Assembly: GCA_965246715.1 (NCBI GenBank) | Contig: CBDFFH010000021.1 | Coordinates: 64,001 to 128,000, forward strand | DNA from: Chamaesiphon sp. | GTDB taxonomy: Bacteria > Cyanobacteriota > Cyanobacteriia > Cyanobacteriales > Chamaesiphonaceae | Length of the DNA: 64,000 nucleotides | Reading direction: 5' to 3' | Part shown: in pieces, positions 63,601 to 64,000 of the stretch | Position numbering within the stretch: the first letter of the stretch is position 1 | Layout of the letters: each line of letters opens with the position of its first letter | Notes under the pieces: model-generated | What the model was told of the DNA's origin: nothing | Database searches by the model: none | The model's input: only the letters and a program-made list of their open reading frames with translations | Program-made: the position numbers and the translations under genes

Positions 63601-64000
63601 CTACATTCAAGGTTACAGCGTGTTGGGTGATGGAAGCCTTACCCTCGCACTCGATCCGATCGAATTGCTAGCAGGTGTCCGCAATACCAATGTGGCAACT
63701 AACTTTGCTCCAGCTAAATTTGCGGCATTGCAGCCGCTCCTCCAAGCAGCATTAGCACCAGCTAACGATAGTAGTGACACGATCGACGGCGAAATTATCG
63801 ACGTTGCCGAAGTGACCCCACCGCGCAACTCAACCACTTTGGGTCGCCAGATCCAGGTATTGATTATCGATGATTCATTAGTGCAGCGGCAAACTTTAAC
63901 TCGATCGCTCACCAAGGCAGGCTGTCAAGTAATCCAAGCCAGTCACGGACGCGAGGGACTCCTCCGGTTACAAGAACATCCCCGCATTCAATCGATCTTC
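60692..64000 (+). CDS. cheA: CheA-like hybrid histidine kinase (Hpt, HATPase, CheW, receiver), truncated by the window edge
   Basis: Manual translation MTDDLDFQ...LMRAAHTIKG...HLVRNAYDHG...DDGQG...SGRGIGLDVV...VLIIDDS; frame consistent to 64000. Confidence 0.93.
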   Translation, partial: MTDDLDFQESLDRYFEIEAAELLQTIELTLFQLIEEKTIERVHTLMRAAHTIKGSAANCGFKTIETIAHHLEDVFQALYPAELEIDPELGLLLMEGYDCLCEPLNAMLNGVSYDEAATLERTAELFARLQMQLGDFFGRETPLPTAAELGFDVIGSIFTDSVPQDLEVLAEAIAGQNVARVSESLASLAEFLLELGGSYSLPGIAAISSTTITALNRHPDRVLEIAPIVLANFQQAQIAILGGDRSVGGEVSAELSVWAGIEPSSTTTRSSVVDDSAQWLSLIDTADSDSAEFGTDFSFADAATSAEWLSLIDEPATEVPVTTADERLNDDRAAEWLSLVDEPATEDATTTSEQLPDDRAAEWLSLVDEPATAFTIESSEQEQHTDSETSAEWLSLIDTTTGENSGDRVQNDPEPEIIELETFEPMGDLNGSALTRTEYLETSERHTGADLVLANISSIDRILQSIAIDRPADRDELQETAPSKPERTATPDAAVSIRIATAQLERLSHTIGELLIDDNQQFLRAEQLQVLAKATVEQHRRCEQKLRLVGDWADKNTLTGDRPQFAASRRGKGRPKKTKQNHNNGVQSQFDSIELDVYNDLSIMLQNLTDDLAALGMQVEDLSEMTQKAKLTLGKRQQLLADAQAELFDARMVEISTVFNRFPRLLQQMVASHRKPAQLELIGTTVSIDKIIADKLYDPLLHLVRNAYDHGVESPEIRAQQGKPETGTLTIKAYHQGNRTTIEVRDDGQGLNWSKIRQRALEMKLLAADRAATVTEAELAEIMFAPGFSTAEKVNDLSGRGIGLDVVRDRIGALQGTIDVRSVAGSGTTFVMQFPLNLTTARLLICESQGVVHALRSEAIAQVLLPTPDRIQSQSALTDKGTAKFLRWGEGTELKLVPIYAVNSLLAYNCPIGAGAERTASLFPAKTKNSTSALLLLEVDDDRICLEVDRILVEQELVVKSLGETFGLPNYIQGYSVLGDGSLTLALDPIELLAGVRNTNVATNFAPAKFAALQPLLQAALAPANDSSDTIDGEIIDVAEVTPPRNSTTLGRQIQVLIIDDSLVQRQTLTRSLTKAGCQVIQASHGREGLLRLQEHPRIQSIF

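Noticed and set aside
1..64000. CRISPR array, tRNA or rRNA genes
   Set aside because: No regularly spaced repeat-spacer series or recognisable RNA gene motifs by eye; the dispersed repeats are MITE/REP-type.
1..64000. Extreme density of CGATCG/GCGATCGC
   Set aside because: This is the well-known cyanobacterial HIP1 repeat; used only as a marker of native versus acquired DNA.

Overview
This is a cyanobacterial chromosomal window. HIP1 (GCGATCGC/CGATCG) is very dense, and two genes end in VPEPFT(V/I)IGTL(V/I)GGT..RMRKKLK PEP-CTERM tails, which suggests a Chamaesiphon-like genome (inference). Core genes include leuA, lexA, dapF, an hli gene, split pntA/pntB, sigC, recQ, hemA, glpX, thiL, nblB, cpcS, desB and ccmP. 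A PatA-CheY-CheW-multi-GAF MCP-CheA phototaxis-type cluster runs off the right end. Accessory content: (1) an AT-rich ABC-ATPase + DUF4276-like pair knocked out twice, by a 133-bp MITE with a perfect 13-bp target duplication and by an in-frame TAG; (2) a GIY-YIG + small RHH-like gene pair; (3) hicBA; (4) a large multidomain beta-CASP nuclease between an IS1 remnant and a MITE half-end. Intergenic regions hold many miniature elements in which unrelated terminal-inverted-repeat shells carry the same REP-like hairpin cargo, some nested. I saw no rRNA, tRNA or CRISPR array. Family assignments come from motif recognition, not database searches.
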